A DNA stretch of 64,000 nucleotides from Candidatus Bathyarchaeota archaeon (GCA_963772765.1 CAVYYP010000004.1:4558-68557); one strand, 5' to 3'; positions 27,010 to 37,314 are shown, numbered from the stretch's first letter. Notes: generated by a model from the sequence alone, not told the origin. Translations and numbers: made by a program.

Positions 27010-29244
27010 TTGAAGATTGAAACGCTACCACTGCAAGATTCTGTAAAACAGGTATTAACAAACCAGGGGATGGTTGACCTGTATCCGCCACAGGAAGAAG
27101 CAATCCATGCAGGTGCCTTGGAAGGAAAAAATCTTGTTTTGGCCAGTCCCACTGCCTCGGGCAAGACGCTTGTTGCAGAGCTTTGTGCGCTTAAGCATGT
27201 GCTGGAGCGTGATGGCAAGGTTCTGTATTTGTCTCCTTTGCGGGCTTTGGCTAGTGAAAAGTTTGAGGAATTCCAGAAATACACAAAAATACGCAAAGCG
27301 AACGGTAGACGAGTTAGTGTTGGCGTTAGCACAGGAGACTATGACAGCAGTGACCCGTGGATGGGAAAACATGACATCATAATTACCACGAACGAGAAAG
27401 CTGACTCATTATTGAGACATAGGGCAAAATGGGTTAACGATGTTTCATTGGTGGTTGCGGATGAGGTGCATCTTCTTAATGATGCTGACCGTGGACCAAC
27501 TCTTGAGGTTGTGTTGGCGCGTCTTATGCAGGTTAATCCTGATGTGCAGCTTCTGGTTTTGAGTGCGACAATAAAGAATGTTGGCGAGCTTGCGGAGTGG
27601 CTTAAGGCAATCTCTGTTACAACAGAATGGAGACCAGTAACCCTAAGAGAGGGCGTAATAGTTCATGATGAAATCCTCTTCAAGGACGGCGGCACACTTG
27701 AAATAGAAAACAGCGCCAAAGACCCAACATTAAACATGGCAGTCTACACAGTAAAATCAGGAAGCCAAGCATTAGCGTTTGCAGGAACCAGAAGAAACTC
27801 GATAAGTTTGGCAAAGAAAGTCTCAACGAAGATTAAGCCGCTGCTTTCTAAGCCTATGAAGCGTTCGTTGAAGCAGTTGTCTGAGCAGATTCTTGCAACA
27901 GGGGAGCGTACAAGGCTTGGCGAGCAGCTGGCAGAGGTTGTTAGTGGCGGTGCAGCTTTTCATCATGCAGGGCTAAGTGGCGGTCACAGAAAGATTGTTG
28001 AGGATTCGTTCAGGGATGGCAGAATCAAGGTTTTGACCGCAACTCCGACATTGGCGATTGGAATGAATCTTCCAGCCAGAGTGGTCATCATCAACGAGTA
28101 CAGAAGGTATGAGTCTGGTTATGGCTATTATCCGATTCCTGTTCTTGAGTATAAGCAGATGGCAGGACGCGCAGGAAGACCTCGGTACGATAAGGTTGGC
28201 GATGCCATACTGGTAGCCAAGACCGAGGATGAACGGGACTATTTGATGGACAACTATATTCTTGCTGAAACAGAAAAAATATGGTCCAAGCTGGCTGTTG
28301 AGCGGATACTTAGGTCTCATGTTTTGGCTACTGTTGCCTCAGATTTTGCTCACACAGAACAGGGAATCTACGACTTTTTCGGAAAAACATTCTATGCATA
28401 CCAGTATGACCCTCGGGCAATAAAGGGAGTTATACAGAAAAGCTTGGGCTTCCTTTTCACAGAAAAAATGATTGAACCAGTTGGAAATAAGATTGAAGCC
28501 ACACGGTTTGGGCGAAGAGTCTCTGAACTCTACATCGACCCCCTAACTGGAGTTACCATAAGAGATGGTCTTACAAACCGTGCAAGCCACCTAACTGACA
28601 TCAGTTTTCTTCAGATGATCGCCAGAACACCTGACATGTTCCCCAAGCTACGTCCATACTCCAATGAAATGGACAACCTGCAGTTCTTTATTGAGGACCA
28701 TCAGGACGAGTTCATGTTTGACCTTCCCGACCCGTGGATAGACAGAATAGCGTTTGAAGAGTTTCTTGGAGAAGCAAAAATGGCTTGGGTGCTCAAATCG
28801 TGGATGGACGAAACCAGCGAGGATCATATGATTGAAAAGTTCAGGGTTCAGCCCGGAGACCTTTACCGCCTTATTTCTACAGCTAAGTGGCTTGTCCATG
28901 CATCACATGAGCTGGCTTCATTGTTTAAGCACAAGGATTTGCTGCAGAATTTGGCTAGGCTGACAGTTAGGATAGAGAAGGGAGTTAAGCCTGAGTTGCT
29001 TCCGTTGGCTTCGCTTAAGGGTGTTGGAAGAGCCCGTGCCCGTATACTTTTTGATTCTGGACTCAGAAGTGTTGATGACCTGAAACGGGCGCCGCTTCCG
29101 AAGTTGACAGGGTTGCCGTTGATTGGTCCAAGGTTGGCTCAGAAGATTAAGGAGCAGGTAGGCGGCTACGTCAAGGAGCAGGAGTGGCAGAGCCTGAAAA
29201 AGAGGAAGGATACGGAGAAGCAGAGGGCTCTTACAGACTTTTAA
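27010..29244 (+). CDS. hel308: Hel308/Ski2-type DNA helicase
   Basis: ASPTASGKT, DEVH, SAT and the QMAGRAGRP motifs, plus the C-terminal HhH-like domain LKGVGRARA. Confidence 0.85.
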   Translation: MKIETLPLQDSVKQVLTNQGMVDLYPPQEEAIHAGALEGKNLVLASPTASGKTLVAELCALKHVLERDGKVLYLSPLRALASEKFEEFQKYTKIRKANGRRVSVGVSTGDYDSSDPWMGKHDIIITTNEKADSLLRHRAKWVNDVSLVVADEVHLLNDADRGPTLEVVLARLMQVNPDVQLLVLSATIKNVGELAEWLKAISVTTEWRPVTLREGVIVHDEILFKDGGTLEIENSAKDPTLNMAVYTVKSGSQALAFAGTRRNSISLAKKVSTKIKPLLSKPMKRSLKQLSEQILATGERTRLGEQLAEVVSGGAAFHHAGLSGGHRKIVEDSFRDGRIKVLTATPTLAIGMNLPARVVIINEYRRYESGYGYYPIPVLEYKQMAGRAGRPRYDKVGDAILVAKTEDERDYLMDNYILAETEKIWSKLAVERILRSHVLATVASDFAHTEQGIYDFFGKTFYAYQYDPRAIKGVIQKSLGFLFTEKMIEPVGNKIEATRFGRRVSELYIDPLTGVTIRDGLTNRASHLTDISFLQMIARTPDMFPKLRPYSNEMDNLQFFIEDHQDEFMFDLPDPWIDRIAFEEFLGEAKMAWVLKSWMDETSEDHMIEKFRVQPGDLYRLISTAKWLVHASHELASLFKHKDLLQNLARLTVRIEKGVKPELLPLASLKGVGRARARILFDSGLRSVDDLKRAPLPKLTGLPLIGPRLAQKIKEQVGGYVKEQEWQSLKKRKDTEKQRALTDF

Positions 29245-29367
29245 TCTGATTTAGCAACTGGTCAAGTTTTCTTGACTACTGTTGGTCAAGGTTTCTTTAC
29301 AAAAACCCTTTTCATTAATTCTAAACAGGTAAATTAGCAGCAAATAGTAACCACGAGCAGAACTAAC

Positions 29368-30996
29368 ATGAAAAACAATGTAATCATGTGGGCTTTGGTC
29401 TTGTTTCTTGTGTTCATAATACTGGTGCCTGTGGCTTTGGCGACTGAGCAAACTGTGGATGAAGTGCCTTATGGTGTGCACATTTTAGAGGATGGTTCTG
29501 TTGACCCTGCTGATTCTCCGATTAGCATGGAGGGGGATGTTTACACTTTAACTGGTGACATTAAGTTTTCTATTGTTATTGAGAAGGATAACATAACAGT
29601 TGACGGCGCAGGGTATACCCTGTTTGGCAGGGTGGGACAGTATAATGGCGGCGTTGCGTTAGATTATAGGCATGGCGTAACTGTCAAAAACCTTGTTGTA
29701 AGAGACACTTACCGTGGCTTTGACCTAACATTTGCCGACGACAACACCATTGTTGGAAACACTGTAATTAACTCTGCAAAAGCCATCTACTTCTGGTGGT
29801 CATGGAGAAACAACGTCACCAACAACACGATTACAAAAGCAGAATATGCAATCGAGTTTTTCTTGTCTCCAAACTACTGGTCCCAAGATAACATCGTCAC
29901 AAAGAATGTGGTAACAGATTCTGAAATAGGAATCAGCCTGATGGAATCAAACAACACCTTCGCTGACAACACCATAAGCACTTCGAATATAGGCGTTTCC
30001 GTTTCCGGTTACCAGAACGTGTTCCGAAACAACACAATCAACAGTGAAGGAATCGGCTTCAGAGACACAGGCTTCAATAACATTGTTGACGAGACAAATC
30101 TGGTTAACGGCAAACCAATAATTTACTGGATACGTCAACAAGACAAAACCGTACCCTCAAGTGCAGGTCAGGTGTTCCTCTCTAATTGTAAAAACGTGAC
30201 CGCCCAGAACCTGAATGTAACTGGAATTACTTTGTCATCATCAACTGATTGCATGATTGTCGGAAACACGATAATTGATGGAAGGTCGGGCATTCAGATG
30301 ATTGATTCTTCAAACAATTTCGTTGCTGGCAATATAGTTGTTGATGGCTGGTTTGGTCTTGAAGTCACCAGCTGTGAGAACAACGAAATCGTTGGAAACA
30401 GTTTTAGCAATAATAGCTACTATGGTGTTTTGCTCACTAAATCACACTACAATATCATCAAGCAGAATGTTGTGGCAGATAATGGGTTTGGAAATGAGTT
30501 CGAGTCTATTCCTTTTGAGGACTATTATGGTGATGTCTTTGGGGTCAAACTCTTGCATTCATGCAACAACCTTTTTGTCGAAAACAATGTAACAGGCAAC
30601 AACCAGTATGGTATACGGGTTCTTGGTACACAGCACGACAATGTGATTTACTGTAACAACTTCATTGACAACAAGGTGACGGGTCTTCAGGTTTCCATGC
30701 TTGGAGCATCAGCAAACACAATTGCCAACCATAGCATATGGGACAACGGAACAGTCGGCAACTACTGGAGCGACTACCTGACCAGATATCCCAATGCCTC
30801 TGAAATGGACAACACAGGAGTAGGAGACACGCCATTTTACATTAACCCAAACAACATCGACAACTATCCACTGATGGAACCAGCCAAAATCCCAGAATTT
30901 CCCACATGGATTATACTACCAATATTCGTGAGTGCAACATTATCTGGTTTAGTTGCCAAAAAGAAGCTGACTTCACATTCAAAAGGGCAAGGCTAG
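29368..30996 (+). CDS. Secreted right-handed beta-helix (NosD/PbH1-repeat) protein with PEF-CTERM-like anchor
   Basis: Signal peptide, many NxxxxN PbH1-type repeats, GNYWSDY...GVGDTPF...DNYPL, and the C-terminus IPEFPTWIILPIFVSATLSGLVAKKK. Confidence 0.7.
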   Translation: MKNNVIMWALVLFLVFIILVPVALATEQTVDEVPYGVHILEDGSVDPADSPISMEGDVYTLTGDIKFSIVIEKDNITVDGAGYTLFGRVGQYNGGVALDYRHGVTVKNLVVRDTYRGFDLTFADDNTIVGNTVINSAKAIYFWWSWRNNVTNNTITKAEYAIEFFLSPNYWSQDNIVTKNVVTDSEIGISLMESNNTFADNTISTSNIGVSVSGYQNVFRNNTINSEGIGFRDTGFNNIVDETNLVNGKPIIYWIRQQDKTVPSSAGQVFLSNCKNVTAQNLNVTGITLSSSTDCMIVGNTIIDGRSGIQMIDSSNNFVAGNIVVDGWFGLEVTSCENNEIVGNSFSNNSYYGVLLTKSHYNIIKQNVVADNGFGNEFESIPFEDYYGDVFGVKLLHSCNNLFVENNVTGNNQYGIRVLGTQHDNVIYCNNFIDNKVTGLQVSMLGASANTIANHSIWDNGTVGNYWSDYLTRYPNASEMDNTGVGDTPFYINPNNIDNYPLMEPAKIPEFPTWIILPIFVSATLSGLVAKKKLTSHSKGQG

Positions 30997-32363
30997 TCTT
31001 GTAGTCCTCGTGCCTTTCTTTCCTTTAGTGTTTTTTGTATTACTAGCTCAACTTGTTTGGGGGCAGTACCCAGATAGTTTTGTGGATTCGTTACGTTCTC
31101 GATTTCTTCTTTTGATAGCAGTTTTGTGACTGTGTTGTTTTCTGCTAGGGCATCTTTGAATGGGCGTTCTTCGTTGTGGCTTTTTATTGCCATTTCACGG
31201 ACAAGCTCGTGGGCTTTTTGCCGTCCCAGTCCCTTCTTTGCTAGGTCAAGCATGACTGCTTCGGACATCATTCGTCCCTGTGTTATGTCCATATTTTTTC
31301 TCATCCGCTCTTCATCAACATGCAATCCCTTCAAAACACGAATCATCAGTATCATCATGTAATCGATTAGAATGCACTCTTCAGGAATCACAAACCGCTC
31401 ACATGAAGACTGTGTCAGGTCACGTTCATGCCAAGTAATAATATTCTCCAGCGCAGGCGAAATAAGACCTCTCATCACTTTTGCCAATCCGCAGATTCTT
31501 TCACTAATCATAGGATTGCGCTTATGGGGCATTGTGGAGCTTCCAACCTGCTTTTTCTGCTCAAAAGCCTCAAACGCTTCCGCAATCTCTGGTCTCTGCA
31601 GTTCCCGAACTTCTGATGCCATGTTTTCTAGTGTGCAGGCAAGCATAACCAAAACAGAGGTTAATTCGGCGTAGCGGTCTCTTTGAACAATCTGAGTAGA
31701 AATGTCCGATGCCTGTATTCCTAGTCTTTTCATAACAAGCTTCTGTATTTCAAGAGCCTTTGGTCCCAAACCAGCCTGCGTTCCAACTGCGCCACTCATC
31801 TTACCGACCAATAATCGTTGTTTGCAGTCATTTAGTCGCTGTATATGTCTTGCAACTTCTCTTGTCCAAACTGCAACCTTGAAACCAAAAGTTGTCGGCA
31901 ATGCATGTTGTCCGTGGCTTCTTCCCATGGTTATAGTCATTTTGTGCATTTCTGCCCTAGACAAAAGAACAGCTTCTAGCTCGTTTAGTCGCCCTTCGAT
32001 GATGTTTACGGCTTCTTTTAGCTGCAGAGTCGTTGCGGTGTCTAGCATGTCTGAGCTTGTTGCCCCCAAGTGGACGTATTGTCCTGCTGAGCCGCTGACT
32101 TCGGCTAGTGCCCTGACCAGTGCCATGACGTCGTGTCGGATTTCGTTTTCGATTTCTTTTACTCTTTTTAGTTTGACGCATTTTGTGTTTGCTTTTCGTA
32201 TGATTCGGCTGGCAGATATTTCTGGGATGTTGCCTACTTGACTGTGCGCCCAAGCCAGTGCTGCCTCTACGTCAAGCATTTTTTGTAGTCTGTTTTCTTC
32301 GTCAAAGATTTGTCTCATTTCAGGCGAGCCATAACGGCCTGTGTCAATTGGAAGAATAGGCAA
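30993..32363 (-). CDS. purB: Adenylosuccinate lyase
   Basis: GATSSDMLDT and the signature GSSTMPHKRNP, at a typical PurB length. Confidence 0.9.
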   Translation of the reverse strand: MPILPIDTGRYGSPEMRQIFDEENRLQKMLDVEAALAWAHSQVGNIPEISASRIIRKANTKCVKLKRVKEIENEIRHDVMALVRALAEVSGSAGQYVHLGATSSDMLDTATTLQLKEAVNIIEGRLNELEAVLLSRAEMHKMTITMGRSHGQHALPTTFGFKVAVWTREVARHIQRLNDCKQRLLVGKMSGAVGTQAGLGPKALEIQKLVMKRLGIQASDISTQIVQRDRYAELTSVLVMLACTLENMASEVRELQRPEIAEAFEAFEQKKQVGSSTMPHKRNPMISERICGLAKVMRGLISPALENIITWHERDLTQSSCERFVIPEECILIDYMMILMIRVLKGLHVDEERMRKNMDITQGRMMSEAVMLDLAKKGLGRQKAHELVREMAIKSHNEERPFKDALAENNTVTKLLSKEEIENVTNPQNYLGTAPKQVELVIQKTLKERKARGLQD

Positions 32364-32455
32364 ACTTGTGTCCTCCGGAAACGATACATTAATGATTGAA
32401 CTAACCTTTACCAGTTTCGCCTAAAAATTATACGATAACTGGAGGGGCACAATCG

Positions 32456-33922
32456 ATGGGAGCACTAGTTGCAGCTGTTAGCAAGAAGAAACAAAACATC
32501 ATACCCACAGTAGCTACGATGCAACAGGAGCTGGCGCATAGGGGAAATGATGGCTATGGAATATCAACCTACAACATCATAAACAGTGGTCATACACTGG
32601 AAAAACTCGACACAAACATTGATGCGTCTGTTGCTTTGGGTCACAACCTATCATATATTCTGCCAAAAGACATGCAGCAGCCAGTTCAGGGCAACAACTT
32701 CACAGCAGTGTTCGAAGGCAGATTCTATCCATCTCCGAATCCTCCCGAAATGTCTGAAGCACAACAAACCGTGAAACTCCTTAAGGCTAATCCACTACAA
32801 AACATTGACAGTATTCTCCAAAAAAGGGAAGGCTCCTACGTTTTCGCCATCGCACAACAAAACAGAATAGTTGCAGGCAGGGACTTCTTTGGAGCCACAC
32901 CACTCTACTACGGAGAAAACGAAACATTTTGTGCAGTTGCTTCTGAACAAAAAGCCCTCTGGAAGATCGGAATAACAGAAACATATTCGTTTCCCCCAGG
33001 ACAACTAGGGATAATCACTGAGCGTGGCTTTTCTTTTCACCCAGTCAAAGAACTTAGGTCTCCGCCTAAAGAAAAGATTAACATAGAGACAGCAACACGT
33101 GCTTTGCAGCTTCTGCTTTTGGATGCAACCCGTAAACAGGTTTCAGATATTGAATCTGCGGCTGTAGCCTTTTCTGGGGGCGTAGACAGCAGCGTTGTTG
33201 CGGCGCTGGCAAAGCATGTGGGAATAGATGTTCAGCTAATCTCGGTTGGACTTGAAGATCAGAAAGAGGTGATGTTTACTGAAGAGGCTGCAGAGGCGCT
33301 GGATTTGCCAATTCATGTCCAGACATACAAACTAGATGAGCTGGAAGAAACCTTGACTAAGGTGCTTTGGCTAACTGAAGAAACCAACCCAGTAAACGCC
33401 TGCATAGCTGTTCCATTCTTTTGGCTGGCAGAAACAGCAAAAAAACTGGGGCACCCAATCCTGATGGCTGGACAGGGAGCCGACGAACTCTTCGGAGGAT
33501 ACCAAAGATACCTCACAGAATACCAAAAAGATGGCGTAGAAGCGGTAGAGCAGAGAATGTTTTTTGACGTCAAAAACGCGTACAGCGCAAACTTTCAAAG
33601 AGACAACCAAGTCTGCTCATACCACAAAATAGAGCTCAGGCTACCATTCATTGACAGGTCAGTCGTAGACTTTGCCTTACGGCTGCCTTTCCGCTTCAAA
33701 ATCAACTCAACAGAAGACAAGCTACGAAAACATATCCTACGAAAAGTTGCACAAGACATAGACATTCCCAGCCTAATGGCAAACAAACCCAAAAAAGCAG
33801 TCCAATACACAACAGGAGTAACAAAAGCACTCCAACAACTTGCAAAAAACAACAACCAAACACTACGAGAATACATCAAACAAAAATACAACACAGTCTA
33901 CCCAACACAAGACAGCAACTAA
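32456..33922 (+). CDS. Asparagine synthase (AsnB)-like PP-loop protein lacking the N-terminal catalytic Cys
   Basis: PP-loop AFSGGVDSS and the GQGADELFGGY block. The N-terminus is MGALVAAV instead of MCG. The SD-like GGAGGGG 8 nt upstream supports this start. Confidence 0.7.
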   Translation: MGALVAAVSKKKQNIIPTVATMQQELAHRGNDGYGISTYNIINSGHTLEKLDTNIDASVALGHNLSYILPKDMQQPVQGNNFTAVFEGRFYPSPNPPEMSEAQQTVKLLKANPLQNIDSILQKREGSYVFAIAQQNRIVAGRDFFGATPLYYGENETFCAVASEQKALWKIGITETYSFPPGQLGIITERGFSFHPVKELRSPPKEKINIETATRALQLLLLDATRKQVSDIESAAVAFSGGVDSSVVAALAKHVGIDVQLISVGLEDQKEVMFTEEAAEALDLPIHVQTYKLDELEETLTKVLWLTEETNPVNACIAVPFFWLAETAKKLGHPILMAGQGADELFGGYQRYLTEYQKDGVEAVEQRMFFDVKNAYSANFQRDNQVCSYHKIELRLPFIDRSVVDFALRLPFRFKINSTEDKLRKHILRKVAQDIDIPSLMANKPKKAVQYTTGVTKALQQLAKNNNQTLREYIKQKYNTVYPTQDSN

Positions 33923-33956
33923 AACAAAGCTCAAACCGCAAAAATTCACACTTATG

Positions 33957-34061
33957 TGCTTCATATTTGGAGACTATTAGGATCCTAATAGCAGTTCATT
34001 GTTGAAAAATAGCTTTTTTCAGGAATTTGCAACGCTGCACACTTTTCCGAAAAATATTCAC
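33957..34061. repeat. MITE-like intergenic repeat, copy B (contains perfect palindrome TATTAGGATCCTAATA)
   Basis: Aligns with 11902-12005 along its full length. Confidence 0.7.
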
Positions 34062-34109
34062 AGCTACATAGTAGAACAGAATGGTTAGAAGCTGGCTGGT
34101 GTTATGGCG

Positions 34110-34496
34110 CTATTTTTTTACTACAAGCACGTCGCAGTTTGCTTTGGTGACTACCTGTTTTGAGACGCTTCCCATGATGAATGCTGCTGCGCTGCCTAAT
34201 CCTCTGCTGCCAACGACTATTAGGTCAACTTTTTCTTGGTCTGCAGTTTCAACCAATGCTCGTGAAGGATTGGAGCCAAGAATAGATGACAGTTCGCAGT
34301 CGATTTGTTCTTCGTCCAGAAGCTGCTGTGCTTTCATCTGAATTTTGGAGGCATCATCTTCTTTGCCCTGCTTGTAGACAGTTATGACCTTTACGTGTCC
34401 AGAGAACTTTTTTGCGATGCTGATTGCTTCCACCAGTGCCCATGTAGAATAATCGGAGCCGTCCAAGCCTACTAGAATTTTCATTTTTTCTTTCAT
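34110..34496 (-). CDS. Universal stress protein (UspA family)
   Basis: KILVGLDGS...DLIVVGSRGLG...GSVS..V...CDVLVV matches the Usp pattern. Confidence 0.85.
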   Translation of the reverse strand: MKEKMKILVGLDGSDYSTWALVEAISIAKKFSGHVKVITVYKQGKEDDASKIQMKAQQLLDEEQIDCELSSILGSNPSRALVETADQEKVDLIVVGSRGLGSAAAFIMGSVSKQVVTKANCDVLVVKK

Positions 34497-34567
34497 CAGT
34501 TTAACCCCACAACTTACTCATACTGTATGCTGAGATTGTTATTAACCATGTAGACCGTAACCATGTT

Positions 34568-35782
34568 TTAATTTTTTCCATCGTCCTTGGCATCCATAAG
34601 CCCAGGATTCCTCTTTATGCCCCTAGCCAAGACAGGCGGAAGAATAAGAGTCGTAATCAGGCTCATCGACACCAGCGCCGAAAAGATTTCAGGAGAAATC
34701 AAGCCATACTGAATAGCTATCAACGCAATTACCAGCTCAGCGGCACCTCGGGAGTTCATTCCCCAGCCCACATAATAGAGTTGCTTCCAACTTAAACTAG
34801 AAACTGGCTTGACAATCAAAGTTCCCACAATCTTTCCTATTGACGCAATCAGCACAGTGACGACTACCATGGGTATGTTAGCAAGAAATGTGTTAATGTC
34901 AAATGTCAGTCCAACATTCACAAAGAAGAACGGAACAACAAAGCCCATCGCAATAAGCTTGATAACATTCAGCAGCTCTGTTCTGCGCTTCTGGCTAATC
35001 TTTCTCATAGAAGCCTGCAACAGAAAACCACCAAGAATGGCACCAATCAGGTAGCCCACATTCAAGGACTCCGATAGCGCTGCAAGAACTAGTATGAAAA
35101 TAAGCACAATAGAGAACAATCCAGTTCCTTCATCTTCTTGCCTTTTGTCTAGATGCTGCAAAACTTTCGAAATTATCTTAAACGCAATAAAAGCAATCGC
35201 CAAAAATGCAATCATTTCTAGAGGAACCGCTGCCAAATCCATTAGGCTTCCGCCTTTTGCCAAAATTACGACCAAAGCCAAGAACAATACCTCGAAGATG
35301 TCGTCTATTGCGCCTGCGGCAAGCATTATTGCTCCGAGTCTGGTGTTTAGGACGTTGAAGTCCATGAGCACTTTGACGTTTGTTCCTTCGGATGTGACCA
35401 TTAGTGCGCCGCCAAAAATTATTCCTGCCATGGAGCCGTATTCGGGGAAGAATGTTGTTATAAACACAAAACCAAGAGCAAACGGAATTAGAGCAGAGCA
35501 GATTGATATCAGGATTGAGTCGCGTGAAGTTTCTTTTATTTTTTCGATTTCGATTTCTAGTCCTGCCAAGAACAGGAGAAGAAGTATTCCAAGTGTTGCC
35601 AAGAAGTCGATTATTACAAGTGCTGAGCCTTCGCCAAAAAGTGTCTCTTTGATGATTGGAATTCCAAACATTAGACCAGCAAGAATTTGACCAACAACAG
35701 AGGGCAAGCCAATTCTTTTGAACATCTCTCCGAGAATGAATGCGGCGATTAAAATGATTGGTACAATTGCTAATATTTCCAC
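34568..35782 (-). CDS. Cation:proton antiporter (CPA2 / Na+-H+ exchanger family)
   Basis: Polytopic protein of about 12 TM helices with the N-terminal block LPSVVGQILAGLMFG. Confidence 0.8.
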   Translation of the reverse strand: MEILAIVPIILIAAFILGEMFKRIGLPSVVGQILAGLMFGIPIIKETLFGEGSALVIIDFLATLGILLLLFLAGLEIEIEKIKETSRDSILISICSALIPFALGFVFITTFFPEYGSMAGIIFGGALMVTSEGTNVKVLMDFNVLNTRLGAIMLAAGAIDDIFEVLFLALVVILAKGGSLMDLAAVPLEMIAFLAIAFIAFKIISKVLQHLDKRQEDEGTGLFSIVLIFILVLAALSESLNVGYLIGAILGGFLLQASMRKISQKRRTELLNVIKLIAMGFVVPFFFVNVGLTFDINTFLANIPMVVVTVLIASIGKIVGTLIVKPVSSLSWKQLYYVGWGMNSRGAAELVIALIAIQYGLISPEIFSALVSMSLITTLILPPVLARGIKRNPGLMDAKDDGKN

Positions 35783-35961
35783 TTTTTATTCACCAATATT
35801 TCCACTTTGTGAGATGTTTGTTTCTCCTTGGTGCACATTTTGAAGTCGTGTTTTATGGTCGAAGGTAAGGCATGTGATTTAAGTTTTTCGTATAACTATT
35901 TATGTGAGAATCAACCGATTAAACAAAACTAAAACAATTTAAATTAGCTGGGTAGAATGAC

Positions 35962-37023
35962 ATGTCTGAGACACGAAAAATCCAAAAAATCGGCAACACA
36001 CTTTACATCTCCATTCCAAAATTATGGACAACTGATCTGAACCTAAAACATGGAGAAAAAATCACCCTAGTCCCACACCAAGATGGTTCAATCTCAATTT
36101 ACCCAAAAACAGAAGATACACACCAAAGAGAAATAACACTGAACATAACAAGCAAAAGTTCAACACAATCTCTCAAACGAGGAATAATCGCAGCATATCT
36201 AGACGGCTTTGACAAAATTGAACTTAAAACAGAAACAGCATTAACTGAAGAACAGCATGAATACATCCGAGACACCATCAATTGTCTTTTTGGTTTGGAA
36301 CTGATCGAAGTAACAGGAAACAGAATAGTGATTGTGTGTTTACTCAAACAAACAATGCCCGTCAACAAGGCAATAACTCGAATCCACAACGTAATCCTGT
36401 CAATGTTTGATGACACAATTTCTGCCATCGAAACACAGAACATCGACCTAATCAAGGGCTTAACTCGAAGAACACGAGACATCAAAAGACTATTCTTGGT
36501 CACAAACCGCCTTCTCAGAAGCGCCATACTATTTCCAACACCATCCCAAAATGACGGTATCACATTGATAGATTGTGTAGACTATCTGCAAATTCTCCAT
36601 GCAACATCAGAAGTAACTAGTAACCTAAACAAACTCGGAGAAACAATCAACTCACTAATCGATTCAAAGCTGCCTTCACCTATCCTGAAAAATCTTATTG
36701 AAACCAGCACCACAATCAAGCAAATGTATGACAGCTCCATTCAAGCACTTCTATCAAAAGACATACCCTTAGCAAACAAAATATTGGATACCTCGCTTGA
36801 CCTCGAAAAACTGTGGAACCTTTGCCTAAAAGCAAATAAAGAATCAAAAATTTCCAGCGTAACACTAGCAGACCTACGCTTAATTATCGACAGCCTTGAA
36901 CAAACAAAAAAGCACACCCACGAAATAGCCAACATCTCAATTGACCGTGCCGAAGCAGTCAACGCAAGAACATTCCCACGAGACCCCACTGCAAGCATCG
37001 CAAAAAAGAAACAAAAACCATAG
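35962..37023 (+). CDS. AbrB/SpoVT-PhoU fusion (phosphate uptake regulator-like)
   Basis: N-terminal KIQKIGNTLYISIPKLW (SpoVT-AbrB) followed by two PhoU-like helical repeats. Confidence 0.65.
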   Translation: MSETRKIQKIGNTLYISIPKLWTTDLNLKHGEKITLVPHQDGSISIYPKTEDTHQREITLNITSKSSTQSLKRGIIAAYLDGFDKIELKTETALTEEQHEYIRDTINCLFGLELIEVTGNRIVIVCLLKQTMPVNKAITRIHNVILSMFDDTISAIETQNIDLIKGLTRRTRDIKRLFLVTNRLLRSAILFPTPSQNDGITLIDCVDYLQILHATSEVTSNLNKLGETINSLIDSKLPSPILKNLIETSTTIKQMYDSSIQALLSKDIPLANKILDTSLDLEKLWNLCLKANKESKISSVTLADLRLIIDSLEQTKKHTHEIANISIDRAEAVNARTFPRDPTASIAKKKQKP

Positions 37024-37032
37024 AACAAAATG

Positions 37033-37314
37033 CTAGACATTTATTGTAATAAGATGCTTCTTCTGAATGTGCTTATGTCCACAGGCGCACTCAAAACCAA
37101 CTATCTTGTCTCCCTTGATTACAGTCTTCCATTTCTTTGAACCGCATTGACTATGCTGTTTGTGAATTCTCCACAACGTTTCAGCCTCAGACTTCTTCAG
37201 GGGAACAACACGTTTTGCAGATAACAAAAACCATGCAATAGCAAAACCCAAACTAAGCCATATAGCAGGTATCAACACGCCAGAACTAAGCAGTGCTTCC
37301 AAGATTTGACTCAT
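37033..37314 (-). CDS. Hypothetical small membrane protein with a Cys/His cluster
   Basis: One N-terminal TM helix and the C-terminal HSQCGS...FECACGHKH. Confidence 0.4.
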   Translation of the reverse strand: MSQILEALLSSGVLIPAIWLSLGFAIAWFLLSAKRVVPLKKSEAETLWRIHKQHSQCGSKKWKTVIKGDKIVGFECACGHKHIQKKHLITINV

